A stretch of 64,000 nt of DNA from Dehalococcoidia bacterium (GTDB lineage Bacteria > Chloroflexota > Dehalococcoidia > Lucifugimonadales > UBA1123), in NCBI GenBank assembly GCA_963664365.1, contig OY761144.1, forward strand, positions 2,281,596 through 2,345,595. Direction: 5' to 3'. Shown one piece after another: positions 52,599 through 62,285 of this stretch (positions within the stretch are counted from its first letter, which is position 1; each line of letters opens with the position of its first letter). A program made the position numbers and the translations under genes. The notes under the pieces are model-generated. The model had not been told where the DNA came from. It made no database searches and saw only the letters and a list, made by a program, of their open reading frames with translations.

Positions 52599-53726
52599 GT
52601 GCCCGATACACCGGAAACCACTCGACCGCGCAGAGTCGCGCTCTACCTGCCATCACTCCACGGCGGCGGAGCCGAACGCGCCATGCTCACAATTGCCGCC
52701 GGCATGGCGAAACGAGCCGTACCCGTGGATCTCATACTGGTCAAGGCTGAGGGAGAGTACCTCGACCAGGTTCCCCCCGACGTGCGCGTCATAGACCTGA
52801 ACTCTCGCAGAACCGCAACATCCCTTCCGAAACTCATACGCTACCTCAGACGCGAGCGCCCCGTTGCCCTCCTTTCGACTCTCGACGAAACCAACGCAGC
52901 CGCGCTGGTCGCCAAGTTCGCCTTCCGTGGCAGATTGCGGCTGGTGGTGCGCCAATCTACCACGCTGTCCGAGGCGGCCAGAATCGAAGGTTTCAAAGTG
53001 CGGTTGGTATCCCGCGCCTTCAAGATGCTGGTTCGAGCCACCGACCGCGTCGTAGCCGTCTCTCAAGGTGTTGCCGACGACCTGCGCGCGCAGATTCCCG
53101 CCGCTTCCCACAAGATAACCGTCATCCACAATCCCGTAGTCACGCCCGACCTCACCGACAAAGCCGCGCTGTCCGTGTCCCACCCCTGGTTCAACGATGC
53201 TGCCGTCCCCGTGATACTATCCGCGGGCCGTCTGGGACTCGAGAAGGACTACGCCACACTATTGAGAGCATTCGCTGAGGTCACCCGCTCCCGGCCTGCG
53301 CGCCTTGTAATTCTGGGAGAAGGCGCTGAGAGACAAAACCTGCTAGATTTGGCGGAGAGTCTGGGCATCTCTCGATGCTTCGACCTTCCCGGCTTTGACG
53401 TCAACCCGTTCGCGTACATGGCAAAAGCTAACGTGTTCGTTCTCTCCTCCAAATACGAAGGATTCCCCAACGTACTCGCTCAGGCCATGGCCTGCGGCGC
53501 GCCCGTCGTCAGCGCAGACTGCCGCAGCGGGCCCAGAGAGATTCTTCAAGACGGCAAATACGGTCTCCTCGTCCCCGTCGGCGACTGGCGGCAAATGGCA
53601 AAAGCCATACTAGACACCCTCGACAACCCCATCCCAGCAGACCGTCTAATTTCTCGCGCTTCCATCTACTCAGCCGACGCCGCCGTGGACCGCTACTTGG
53701 AAGTCCTGCTCGGAAGTGAAATTTGA
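52599..53726 (+). CDS. Glycosyltransferase family 4
   Basis: VALYLPSLHGGGAERAML and VFVLSSKYEGFPNVLAQAMACGAPVVSADCRSGPREIL. Confidence 0.85.
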   Translation: MPDTPETTRPRRVALYLPSLHGGGAERAMLTIAAGMAKRAVPVDLILVKAEGEYLDQVPPDVRVIDLNSRRTATSLPKLIRYLRRERPVALLSTLDETNAAALVAKFAFRGRLRLVVRQSTTLSEAARIEGFKVRLVSRAFKMLVRATDRVVAVSQGVADDLRAQIPAASHKITVIHNPVVTPDLTDKAALSVSHPWFNDAAVPVILSAGRLGLEKDYATLLRAFAEVTRSRPARLVILGEGAERQNLLDLAESLGISRCFDLPGFDVNPFAYMAKANVFVLSSKYEGFPNVLAQAMACGAPVVSADCRSGPREILQDGKYGLLVPVGDWRQMAKAILDTLDNPIPADRLISRASIYSADAAVDRYLEVLLGSEI

Positions 53727-55219
53727 CCCGCGCCCCAAGCATCCGCGCCCTCCCGGCGATCGTAACCGGGCTGCTCGCCCTGACCGTCGCCGCCCACGTC
53801 TGGGCCGCATCTACGCCCCTACCGTTCGGCGGCCCCAACGTCTGGGCAGCCGCCCTCACCGTAGCCGCCGCCGGCATCTACGTCATTGCCATGAAAATAA
53901 CAGCCAGACCCACCAAACCGTCATTCAGGCGAAGGCCGGAATCCAGAGGGGTTTGGGCGCTGGTCGTCACCATTTTCATTCGCTTGTATGACCATGCGAA
54001 GGCCATAGTCATCCCAAGGCGACATTTCACCCTTGACAGGCTGACCCGCCTCGCGCTGGCAGTCTCATCCTGTCTTCTACTGTGGGCCGCCGTCTCGGTC
54101 TGGATAAACGACCAGTATCCGTCCCACCTGACGCGATTGGGCCAGACCGCAATGGGAATCGCCATGCTCTGGGTCGTCAGCGCAACGATAGTCACTCTGC
54201 CAAGAATCCGGAGCGTAACCGCCGCGATAGCCGCCTCTACATTCGTCTCCGCCCTCGTCGGCATCGGCATCCTTCTCTGGGGAGAGCCTTTCACGTCCCT
54301 ACGGCTCTGGATCATGCAGGTCCCGGAAAGTGCAGTCCAAGCAGCCCAAAATATCAGAACGGCGGGCCTGTCCGTCGCGACCGTGACGTTCTCCTACCAA
54401 CTCGCCGCCGCCATCCCCCTTGCCGTCGGCCTGCTGCTGGTCTTCCCATTCCGCCGCCCAGCCGAGCGCGGCAATACTTCGAGGGACGAATGGATCTGGC
54501 GCGGAGCCGTCGTAGCGCTTCTCACTATCCTGACCTCCGCGCTCATCCTGAACGCCTCCCGCTCCGCGATCTTGGGCGTCTTCTTCGGAGCGCTGGCCGC
54601 CCTATCGCCGCTGCTGCTGAAACGTCCCGGACTTCCCAGAACCCCAAACCTGCTGTCGCTCGCCATAGTCGCCGTCGCCACGTTCGCCCTCGTAAACCTG
54701 ATCGAAGAAGGGGGAGTCAGCGGACGCATCGTCAGCGTCCAAGATACCTCCGTCAGGGCGAGGCTGCCGATGGCGATAACCGCCCTCAAATACGCCGTAG
54801 AATACCCGCTCGGCACAGTTGCATACCACCCGCAGCCCAGGCACCTGCCCTCCGGCCTCGATCCCGTCGTTCAGAAGGAGGTTCTCCGCCACACGCCCCA
54901 CAACCAATTCTTGGTCGTGCTCGTTTACTACGGATGGCCCGGACTCGCGCTCCTCATAGCCTTCTACGGGGTCATAGCGAGCTCCCTTCTGTCCTCGGCG
55001 CGTCTCGCCCTGAAGCTGGGAACCGCCGAGTCCGTCGTTCTCGTCGCGGCCATAGCCGGCTGCATCGCCGCATACGGCTGCAACAGTCTGTTCCACAACG
55101 CGGGCCCGTTCGTCTCAGACTGGTATCATTGGATAGCGATCGGGCTAGTCTTCAGCATCCACGCCGCGCTGAAGGGGGTAGCGCGAAACCCCGACCCGAA
55201 TCCGTCGAAGGGAACATAG
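53723..55219 (+). CDS. O-antigen ligase/polymerase (Wzy-like) family membrane protein
   Basis: 498-aa polytopic protein with LNASRSAILGVFFGALA and HTPHNQFLVVLVYYGWPGL, typical of the Wzy_C region. Confidence 0.7.
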   Translation: MTRAPSIRALPAIVTGLLALTVAAHVWAASTPLPFGGPNVWAAALTVAAAGIYVIAMKITARPTKPSFRRRPESRGVWALVVTIFIRLYDHAKAIVIPRRHFTLDRLTRLALAVSSCLLLWAAVSVWINDQYPSHLTRLGQTAMGIAMLWVVSATIVTLPRIRSVTAAIAASTFVSALVGIGILLWGEPFTSLRLWIMQVPESAVQAAQNIRTAGLSVATVTFSYQLAAAIPLAVGLLLVFPFRRPAERGNTSRDEWIWRGAVVALLTILTSALILNASRSAILGVFFGALAALSPLLLKRPGLPRTPNLLSLAIVAVATFALVNLIEEGGVSGRIVSVQDTSVRARLPMAITALKYAVEYPLGTVAYHPQPRHLPSGLDPVVQKEVLRHTPHNQFLVVLVYYGWPGLALLIAFYGVIASSLLSSARLALKLGTAESVVLVAAIAGCIAAYGCNSLFHNAGPFVSDWYHWIAIGLVFSIHAALKGVARNPDPNPSKGT

Positions 55220-55220
55220 C

Positions 55221-56558
55221 ATGACCCCCAGTGAAATAATCCGCAGTCGAATCGCCGACAAAACCGCCATAATCTCCGTCGTCGGACTCGGCTACGTCGG
55301 ACTGCCCCTTGCTGCGACGTTCGCAGAAGCCGGTTTCAAGGTCCATGGCATAGACACCGACCTAAGCAGAGTCCGCTCCGTCAACGCGGGGCTGTCGCAC
55401 GTCCAGGACGTCCCTTCCGACACCATCCGCAAGCTGGCGTCTGAAGGCAATCTGACCGCGACCACCAACTACGACGCGGTGGCAGAGTCCGACGCGATCC
55501 TAATATGCGTCCCCACTCCACTCAGCAAGACCAAGGAACCCGACGTCTCATATATCGCCTCCGCCGCGCGTCAAATATCGCCCCGGCTGCGAGAAGGCTC
55601 CCTCGTGGCGCTGGAGAGCACGACGTACCCCGGCTCCACCGAAGACCTGCTGCTGCCCCTACTGCTGGAGAACTCTCCCAAGAATCTCGAAGTTGGCGAA
55701 AATCTCTTTCTCGCCTTCTCACCCGAGCGCGTGGACCCCGGACGAAAGGACTGGACCATCGCCAACACGCCCAAGGCGCTGGGCGGAGTCACCCCAACCT
55801 GCACCGAGGTCGCGTCGCGCCTTTACGGAGCGGTCATCGACGAGGTCGTTCCGGTTTCGTCATCGAGCGCAGCCGAAATGGTCAAGCTCTTGGAGAACAC
55901 CTTCCGCGCCGCCAACATAGCGCTCGCCAACGAAATGGCGATCATGTGCGAACGCTTGGGAGTAAACGTTTGGGAAGTGATCGACGCCGCCGCCACCAAG
56001 CCGTTCGGATTCATGCCCTTCTATCCCGGCCCCGGCCTCGGCGGACACTGCATACCCATAGACCCGCAGTACCTGGTCTGGAAGATGCGAACCCTGGGAT
56101 ACAGTCCGCGCTTCATCCAACTCGCGGACGAGATCAACTCAGCGATGCCGTACCGCGTCGTCGAAAAGATAACCCACGCGCTGGGCGCTGAGTCCAAGCC
56201 CCTCAACGGCTCGAATATACTCGTGCTCGGCGTCGCCTACAAGCCAAACGTCAGCGACACCCGGGAGTCGCCCGCCCTTGACCTCATACACCTGCTGAAC
56301 CGGATGGGAGCCGAAGTCTCATATCACGACCCGCTGGTCCCCGACATTAGCGAGGCCGGTCTGAACATGTCCAGTGTTGGAGACGAGGGCGGCCCCCCTC
56401 CGCAAGACGCCCTATCGGAATCCGACTGCGTCGTCGTCGTCACCAATCACGATGCTTACGACTGGAACGCCGTCATCGAACACAGCCGAGTCATCGTAGA
56501 TACCAGAAACGCTACTGCCAGCATGGACGCGGCGGGCGCAAAGGTCTTCAAGCTGTGA
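55221..56558 (+). CDS. Nucleotide-sugar dehydrogenase (UDP-GlcNAc/ManNAc dehydrogenase type)
   Basis: ISVVGLGYVGLPLA, ESTTYPGSTE, GFMPFYPGPGLGGHCIPIDP and VLGVAYKPNVSDTRESPA. Confidence 0.9.
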   Translation: MTPSEIIRSRIADKTAIISVVGLGYVGLPLAATFAEAGFKVHGIDTDLSRVRSVNAGLSHVQDVPSDTIRKLASEGNLTATTNYDAVAESDAILICVPTPLSKTKEPDVSYIASAARQISPRLREGSLVALESTTYPGSTEDLLLPLLLENSPKNLEVGENLFLAFSPERVDPGRKDWTIANTPKALGGVTPTCTEVASRLYGAVIDEVVPVSSSSAAEMVKLLENTFRAANIALANEMAIMCERLGVNVWEVIDAAATKPFGFMPFYPGPGLGGHCIPIDPQYLVWKMRTLGYSPRFIQLADEINSAMPYRVVEKITHALGAESKPLNGSNILVLGVAYKPNVSDTRESPALDLIHLLNRMGAEVSYHDPLVPDISEAGLNMSSVGDEGGPPPQDALSESDCVVVVTNHDAYDWNAVIEHSRVIVDTRNATASMDAAGAKVFKL

Positions 56559-56564
56559 CCGCCC

Positions 56565-57131
56565 CTACTCCCCGCTCTCCGACGGCGGCGGCTCGTCGAA
56601 CGGCTCGCCCTTCGCCTCCGCCTCCTCCCTGCGGCCCAGCCACGCCCGCCACTCCGCGTCGCTCTCAGCGCGACCCCCGGCTATGCCCTCCGCTAGGCCC
56701 TCTGCGCGGCCCCGGGCCAACCCCTCAGCCATGCCCTCAGCCATGCCCTCAGCCATGCCCTCAGCCATGCCCTCAGCCATGCCCTTAGCCACGGCCTCAG
56801 CCACGGCCTCAGCCATCTGCCTCTCGCGGCGCCTCTTCAGTCTCTCTTCCAACATTCCCGCAAGTATCATGGTGTGCCTCACTATCTCCGTGTTGAAGTA
56901 GCTTATGCCGGCCGAGGCCAGCGATACCAACCCCACGCCCCGTATTATTTCGTATATCGTATCACTGAGGGAGTCATCCGTCTGCTGTGTCAACTCGCGC
57001 CAGACTACGAATGCAAACCCTATTGCCATCAGCAACAGGAGTTGCGCCAGATATGCCTCGCGCCACTTCGGAGGGATGATGTTCAATAACAGTTCTCCAG
57101 GCGCAGGCTGCTGTATATTTGGGTTCGCCAA
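56565..57131 (-). CDS. Hypothetical membrane protein with (A-E-G-M)n tetrapeptide repeat tail
   Basis: 188 aa with two TM helices, then AVAEAVAKGMAEGMAEGMAEGMAEGMAEGLARGRAEGLAEGIAGG and an acidic C-terminus. Confidence 0.55.
   Translation of the reverse strand: MANPNIQQPAPGELLLNIIPPKWREAYLAQLLLLMAIGFAFVVWRELTQQTDDSLSDTIYEIIRGVGLVSLASAGISYFNTEIVRHTMILAGMLEERLKRRRERQMAEAVAEAVAKGMAEGMAEGMAEGMAEGMAEGLARGRAEGLAEGIAGGRAESDAEWRAWLGRREEAEAKGEPFDEPPPSESGE
56724..56819. repeat. 12-bp tandem repeat (CTCAGCCATGCC x5 perfect, then 3 degenerate units)
   Basis: Perfect units start at 56724, 56736, 56748, 56760 and 56772. Degenerate units are CTTAGCCACGGC, CTCAGCCACGGC and CTCAGCCATCTG. Confidence 0.95.
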
Positions 57132-57208
57132 TGTTCTCCCATCCCAGTTTGTTACAATAGCGGGTCAGTGTCAAGAAACTTCACGGCAAGGGGCATCCGT
57201 CGGTTGAG

Positions 57209-59089
57209 ATGTGCGGAATCAGTGGCATAGCATACCGGAACCGTCAGACGGTCGATCGAAACATGGTCGAGCGGATGGGAGCATGTCTCAAGCGCCGCGG
57301 ACCGGATGACGACGACGTCTATACCAACCCCGGCATCGGCCTCGCCCATACGCGGCTCAGCATCATCGACCTGACCGCCGACGGTCGCCAACCCATGCGC
57401 TCCGACGACGGCAGATTCGTCATCACCTACAACGGCGAAGTGTACAACTTCCAACGTCTGCGCCGCTCGCTGGAGGAATTCGGCCACAGTTTCCGAGGAC
57501 ACTCCGATACCGAGGTCGTTCTTCACGCTTTCATGCAGTGGGGCGAGGACGCCTTCCCCATGCTGGAGGGCATGTTCGCCATAGCTATCTGGGACAACGC
57601 CGAAAGACGCCTCCACCTCGCCAGAGACCGCTTTGGCATCAAGCCCCTGTACTACCGAGCGGACGCGTCCGGCCTAGTCTTCGGGTCGGAGATAAAGGCC
57701 CTGCTGGCATCCGGAGAAGTCCGGCCCCAAATAGACTGGCATGGACTCCACGAGTACCTCTACTACAACACCGCGTTGGGGACCCGCACGACCTACGCCG
57801 GCGTCAGCAAGCTGCTGCCCGGACACAAGCTCACCATGGACGCATCGGGCGTGAAAGTCAAGCCGTACTGCTCCATTTTCGACGTGGACGACTCCGACGA
57901 CGACTATCCCACCGCCGTCGAAAAGGTCCGCGGCCTGCTCGACCATGCCGTCAAAGACCATCTGGTCAGCGACGTACCCGTTGGCGTGTTCCTCAGCGGC
58001 GGCATAGATTCGTCCGCCATAACCGCGTTCGCCTCCAAGCATTACGACGGGAAGCTCAAGACCTTCTCAGCCGGTTTCGACTTCGAAGGCGGCAGGACAG
58101 TGAACGAGCTTCCGAGGGCGCGCCTTGTGGCGGAGCGGTTCGAGACCGACCACCACGAACTCCACGTCGCCGGCGGGAACGTGGCTTCCGTGATAGAGAA
58201 GCTGGTCGAATGTCACGATGAACCCTTTGGCGACGCGGCCAACATACCGCTATACCTGCTGTGTGAACAGCTAGACGGAGACAGCAAGGTCATATTACAG
58301 GGCGACGGCGGCGACGAGGTTTTCGCGGGCTACCTCGTCCATTCCCTCATGGCGATAGAGCGTTGGGCCGCCCTGTTCGCCCGGTCCACCTCCTGGGCGC
58401 GGCCTGCGCTGCCGACGCGCGCCGCGTGGACACGCTACTATCACCTATTACAGCGCCTCATCCACCCGGACCGCTCCCTCCGCTACGCTATGGTCATGAC
58501 GAACCGCCACATTGACGAACAACCTACGCACATCTTCGAACCCGGCGCGCGCGCGCTGCTGGAGGCCAATGACCCCTTCAGCCGCTACCGAGAGATGTAC
58601 CGCGAACTCGAACGCCTGGACACCGTGCAGCGCGCGCTCTACACCGACTGCGCCATCATCATGCCGGATATGTTCTTCGAGAAGGTGGACAAGGCCACCA
58701 TGGCGCACGGGATCGAGGTCCGCGTCCCAATGGTGGACACCCGCTTGGCCGCCTACGTCATGGGACTGCCCTCGAAGTACAAGATCAGGTGGCTGCACAA
58801 GAAGCGCATACTTAGGAGCGTCCTGCGGGGCATCGTCCCAGACGAGATATTGGACCATCCAAAAGTCGGATTCGGCGTGCCCGTCTCACATTGGCTCAGA
58901 ACGACTCTAGCCGGATACATGAAGGACGTCCTGCTGGACGACTCCCGCCCGAGCGCGGCGCTGTTCGACGGAACGCAACTGCGCGCCCGCGTCCAAGACC
59001 ACGTCGAGGGTAGGCGCGACTACGGCTTCCTCCTATACAAACTGCTCAACCTGGCCCTCTGGTACGACCGCTATGGAGTCGCCGCGTGA
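57209..59089 (+). CDS. asnB: Asparagine synthase (glutamine-hydrolysing) family amidotransferase
   Basis: MCGISGIAYRN (N-terminal Cys nucleophile), YNGEVYNF and SGGIDSSAI (PP-loop). Confidence 0.9.
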   Translation: MCGISGIAYRNRQTVDRNMVERMGACLKRRGPDDDDVYTNPGIGLAHTRLSIIDLTADGRQPMRSDDGRFVITYNGEVYNFQRLRRSLEEFGHSFRGHSDTEVVLHAFMQWGEDAFPMLEGMFAIAIWDNAERRLHLARDRFGIKPLYYRADASGLVFGSEIKALLASGEVRPQIDWHGLHEYLYYNTALGTRTTYAGVSKLLPGHKLTMDASGVKVKPYCSIFDVDDSDDDYPTAVEKVRGLLDHAVKDHLVSDVPVGVFLSGGIDSSAITAFASKHYDGKLKTFSAGFDFEGGRTVNELPRARLVAERFETDHHELHVAGGNVASVIEKLVECHDEPFGDAANIPLYLLCEQLDGDSKVILQGDGGDEVFAGYLVHSLMAIERWAALFARSTSWARPALPTRAAWTRYYHLLQRLIHPDRSLRYAMVMTNRHIDEQPTHIFEPGARALLEANDPFSRYREMYRELERLDTVQRALYTDCAIIMPDMFFEKVDKATMAHGIEVRVPMVDTRLAAYVMGLPSKYKIRWLHKKRILRSVLRGIVPDEILDHPKVGFGVPVSHWLRTTLAGYMKDVLLDDSRPSAALFDGTQLRARVQDHVEGRRDYGFLLYKLLNLALWYDRYGVAA

Positions 59090-60237
59090 GAGACCCTGAA
59101 CCCATGCGCGCCCACGTCATGTTCGTCATCTCCGGCCTCGAGATCGGAGGCGCAGAGCGCCAACTCGTTGTCACCGCGAACGCTCTTGCCGAAAGGGGTT
59201 GGAAGGTCTCAGTCGTCTCATATCTGCCCTTTTCGGCTACGTCGCTGCGCTGGGAACTGAACGACTCCAAAGTGAATACGATCACCCTGAACTCACCGTC
59301 CGGCATCGGAAAGTACGGCGTCGTCATCAAGGCCGTCAGGACGATCAGGCGCTCCCGTCCCGACATTCTGGTTGGCTTCATGTTTCACGGCATAATGACC
59401 GCCCGCATCGTTGGGCGTCTAACCCGTGTGCCCGCCGTCGTCTCAGCGATACACAGCGAACTCGACACACCGAAAAGGGAGCGCATATTGGCCCTGACCG
59501 ACCGGATGACAGATGCCGTCACGATCATGTCCGACCACCTCGCCTCGCGCCTTGCCGACAGGAGAATCGCTGCCCCCTCCCACACGTTCGTAATTCCCAA
59601 CACCGTGGACTTCGACCGCTTTCGGGCGGATTCATGCCGCACCCGGACTCGTGAGAATCTGGGCGTGACGGATGACCAATTTCTGTGGCTGGCGGCGGGG
59701 AGGCTGGCCCCAGAAAAAGACTACCCCGGCCTGATTCGCGCGTTTTCAATCTTGCCGCGCCAGCATCCGGCCCATCTGATCATCGCTGGAGAAGGACTTC
59801 TGCGCGACGACCTCACCCGACAGATCGACGACCTCGGCCTGTCCGACCGCGTCCAACTCCTCGGACTCCGCGGCGACATGCCGGACCTCTATCGCGCCAG
59901 CGACGCTCTCGTGCTATCGTCCGAGTGGGAGGGAATGCCCAACGTAGTCCTGGAGGCTATGGCGTCCTCCATCCCTGTCGTTTCAACCGCCGTCGGAGCC
60001 GTGCCCGAACTTGTCACGAACGGCGAGTCCGGGTTCATAGTCCCGACCGGAGACCGCATCTCGCTCGCCGACGCGATGGAGCGTATGATGGACCTCCCCG
60101 TCGAAACGCGGCGGTCGTTCGGAGAGGTCGGATATAACCGCGCGCGCGCCGAGTTCTCGCTAGACCCCGTTATCGACAGGTGGGAAGACCTGTTCAACCG
60201 ACTGCTTGAAAGCAAAGCTCGCGGCCGGAGTACGTGA
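59086..60237 (+). CDS. Glycosyltransferase family 4
   Basis: VISGLEIGGAERQLV and LVLSSEWEGMPNVVLEAMASSIPVVSTAVGAVPELVTNGESGFIV. Confidence 0.85.
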   Translation: MRDPEPMRAHVMFVISGLEIGGAERQLVVTANALAERGWKVSVVSYLPFSATSLRWELNDSKVNTITLNSPSGIGKYGVVIKAVRTIRRSRPDILVGFMFHGIMTARIVGRLTRVPAVVSAIHSELDTPKRERILALTDRMTDAVTIMSDHLASRLADRRIAAPSHTFVIPNTVDFDRFRADSCRTRTRENLGVTDDQFLWLAAGRLAPEKDYPGLIRAFSILPRQHPAHLIIAGEGLLRDDLTRQIDDLGLSDRVQLLGLRGDMPDLYRASDALVLSSEWEGMPNVVLEAMASSIPVVSTAVGAVPELVTNGESGFIVPTGDRISLADAMERMMDLPVETRRSFGEVGYNRARAEFSLDPVIDRWEDLFNRLLESKARGRST

Positions 60238-61439
60238 ATCCGTTGACCGATCTACCGAAGTCAGTCGCGATAGTGTCCAACTCGGACGAACGGCTCTACC
60301 AGTTCCGCGCCCCGATCATGAGGGCGCTGCTGGATAACGGCATCCGCGTGTACGCGATCGCGCCGCCCGGCCGGTTCGTGGAAGAAATCGAGAGTCTTGG
60401 CGTAGAGTTCGTCCCTTGGCGGCTAGACCGAAGAAGCGTCAACCCCATATCCGAGGTCATATCTCTAGTCCGTCTTGTGCGGATATACCGCCGTCTGAAG
60501 CCGGACGTCGTCCAGCACTTCACAATCAAGCCCAACCTGTACGGCGCGATAGCCGCCAGGCTCTCCGGTGTCACCGTCGTCGTAGGCGGAGTGACCGGAT
60601 TGGGATACGCATTCGCGCAAGACAGCCGCCGACGCGTCCTGCGTTCATTCGCCGCGCTTCTGTACCGCATGTCGGCGGCCCTGAGTGACCGCCTCATCTT
60701 CCAAACAGCCCACGATGCCGACCTGCTCTTCGGAGCGTCCGGCGCATTCCGAAGCAAGGCGCTGGTAGTCCCCGGCGGGTCTTCCGTCGATCTCGCCGTC
60801 TTCAGCCCCGACTCCGTCAACCCCAAAGACCAAGACGAGATGCGGGCGTCGCTGGGGATTCCGGCCAACGCCCTCGTCGTCACTATGGCCTCCAGACTTC
60901 TGTACGACAAGGGCGTTCTGGAGTTCGTAGAAACCGCGCGAACGATCAGAGCGAAACGGGAGGACACCGTGTTCATTATGGCCGGAGCGGCAGACCCGGC
61001 CAACCCGGACTCCGTCACCAACGAAGACCTGAATGAATGGGCCGAATCGGGCGACGTTCTGATCGCCGGGCACGTGAGCGACATGCCCCGCCTGCTGTCC
61101 ATCTCGGACATCGTGGTTCTCCCCACATACTATCCGGAGGGCATCCCGCGCGTCCTAATCGAGGCCGCCGCCATGCGAAAGCCCATCGTATCGACCACAA
61201 TCCCCGGCGTCGCGGAGATAGTCGAGGACGGCGCTAACGGCATCCTCGTGCCCCCGCGTGACGCACCCTCCTTGGTGTCAGCCATCCAAGAACTCTTAGA
61301 CAACCCCAAGACGCGCTCCAACTACGGCGCCGCCGGCCGCCTAAAGGCCGAAAGAGACTACGACGACAAAGCCGTCGCCGAACGCTACCTTGCCGAGTAC
61401 CGAAGGCTTTGGGCCGCTAAGCGGCTTGGCGCGAAATGA
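60234..61439 (+). CDS. Glycosyltransferase family 4
   Basis: VVLPTYYPEGIPRVLIEAAAMRKPIVSTTIPGVAEIVEDGANGILV. Confidence 0.85.
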   Translation: MNPLTDLPKSVAIVSNSDERLYQFRAPIMRALLDNGIRVYAIAPPGRFVEEIESLGVEFVPWRLDRRSVNPISEVISLVRLVRIYRRLKPDVVQHFTIKPNLYGAIAARLSGVTVVVGGVTGLGYAFAQDSRRRVLRSFAALLYRMSAALSDRLIFQTAHDADLLFGASGAFRSKALVVPGGSSVDLAVFSPDSVNPKDQDEMRASLGIPANALVVTMASRLLYDKGVLEFVETARTIRAKREDTVFIMAGAADPANPDSVTNEDLNEWAESGDVLIAGHVSDMPRLLSISDIVVLPTYYPEGIPRVLIEAAAMRKPIVSTTIPGVAEIVEDGANGILVPPRDAPSLVSAIQELLDNPKTRSNYGAAGRLKAERDYDDKAVAERYLAEYRRLWAAKRLGAK

Positions 61440-61502
61440 AACAGTTAGGTGTACAATGTGTCGAACGGACTCCACGGCCCTCACCATACAAGGAGCGCCA
61501 AC

Positions 61503-61859
61503 ATGACTCCAGACGAACGAGACAAAATCATCAAGTCCATCATTAGAGAAACCCTCGCCGAACGTTTCTCTGACGACGAGTTCGTGTTCGGTCCCATAGT
61601 GGTAATACCCACTTACGATGAATTCGGCGACGGTGACGGCGACCTGTATTATCGCATTAGCATCATATTCGACGGCGACCAGAAAAATCTCGATCCGGAC
61701 TGGACGGGTGGAGCGCTAATCACGCGCATACGCCCGAAGCTCATCGAGGCCGGCATAGAAGAGTTCCCCAGTCCGGGCTTTATAGGAAAGTCGGAGTGGC
61801 GGAGCCTCTTTCCCAGATGGCGGCGCCTCCATCCGGAGGTGAAGGTTGAAACCGGCTGA
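61503..61859 (+). CDS. Hypothetical protein A1 (118 aa), paralog of 61932-62285
   Basis: AGGAG SD, then ATG 61503. Translation MTPDERDKIIKSIIRETLAERFSDDEFVFGPIVV...IFDGDQKNLDPDWTGGALITRIRPKLIEAGIEEFP. The ORF-track start at 61449 is upstream. Confidence 0.6.
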   Translation: MTPDERDKIIKSIIRETLAERFSDDEFVFGPIVVIPTYDEFGDGDGDLYYRISIIFDGDQKNLDPDWTGGALITRIRPKLIEAGIEEFPSPGFIGKSEWRSLFPRWRRLHPEVKVETG

Positions 61860-61935
61860 CTTCATAGCCACCGCCAAGAATCTTGTACAACCAACTAGAC
61901 AAACCCGACCCCCAGAAATAAGGATGTCGCTATGA
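61846..61935 (+). pseudogene. Truncated 5' copy (29 codons) of gene B
   Basis: TTG 61846: MKPADFIATAKNLVQPTRQTRPPEIRMSL*, compared with B MKPADFIATARDLAQANTRGRPRETNLRR... It ends where A2 starts (ATGA). Confidence 0.6.
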
Positions 61936-62285
61936 CCCCGGACAAGCGAGACAAAATCATCAAAACAATCGTCAGAGAAACCCTCGCCGAACGCTTCACC
62001 GCAGATGAATTCGTGTTCGACCCCATAGTGGTGGAACCCCCTATCGACGTTGGCGACGGTGACGACAAGCTGTACCTACGCATTCTGGTCATCTTCGACG
62101 GCGACCAGAAAGAACTCGACCCGGACTGGACGGGAGGGGCACTGATCAGGCGCATACGCCCAAAGCTCATCGATGCGGGCATAGAAGAGTTTCCCGGTCC
62201 GGCGTTTATAGGCAAGTCCGAGTGGCGGAGTCTCTTCCCCAGGTGGCGGCGGCTCCATCCGGAGGTATCGGTTGAAACCGGCTGA
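61932..62285 (+). CDS. Hypothetical protein A2 (117 aa)
   Basis: MTPDKRDKIIKTIVRETLAERFTADEFVFDPIVV...IFDGDQKELDPDWTGGALIRRIRPKLIDAGIEEFP. Confidence 0.65.
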   Translation: MTPDKRDKIIKTIVRETLAERFTADEFVFDPIVVEPPIDVGDGDDKLYLRILVIFDGDQKELDPDWTGGALIRRIRPKLIDAGIEEFPGPAFIGKSEWRSLFPRWRRLHPEVSVETG

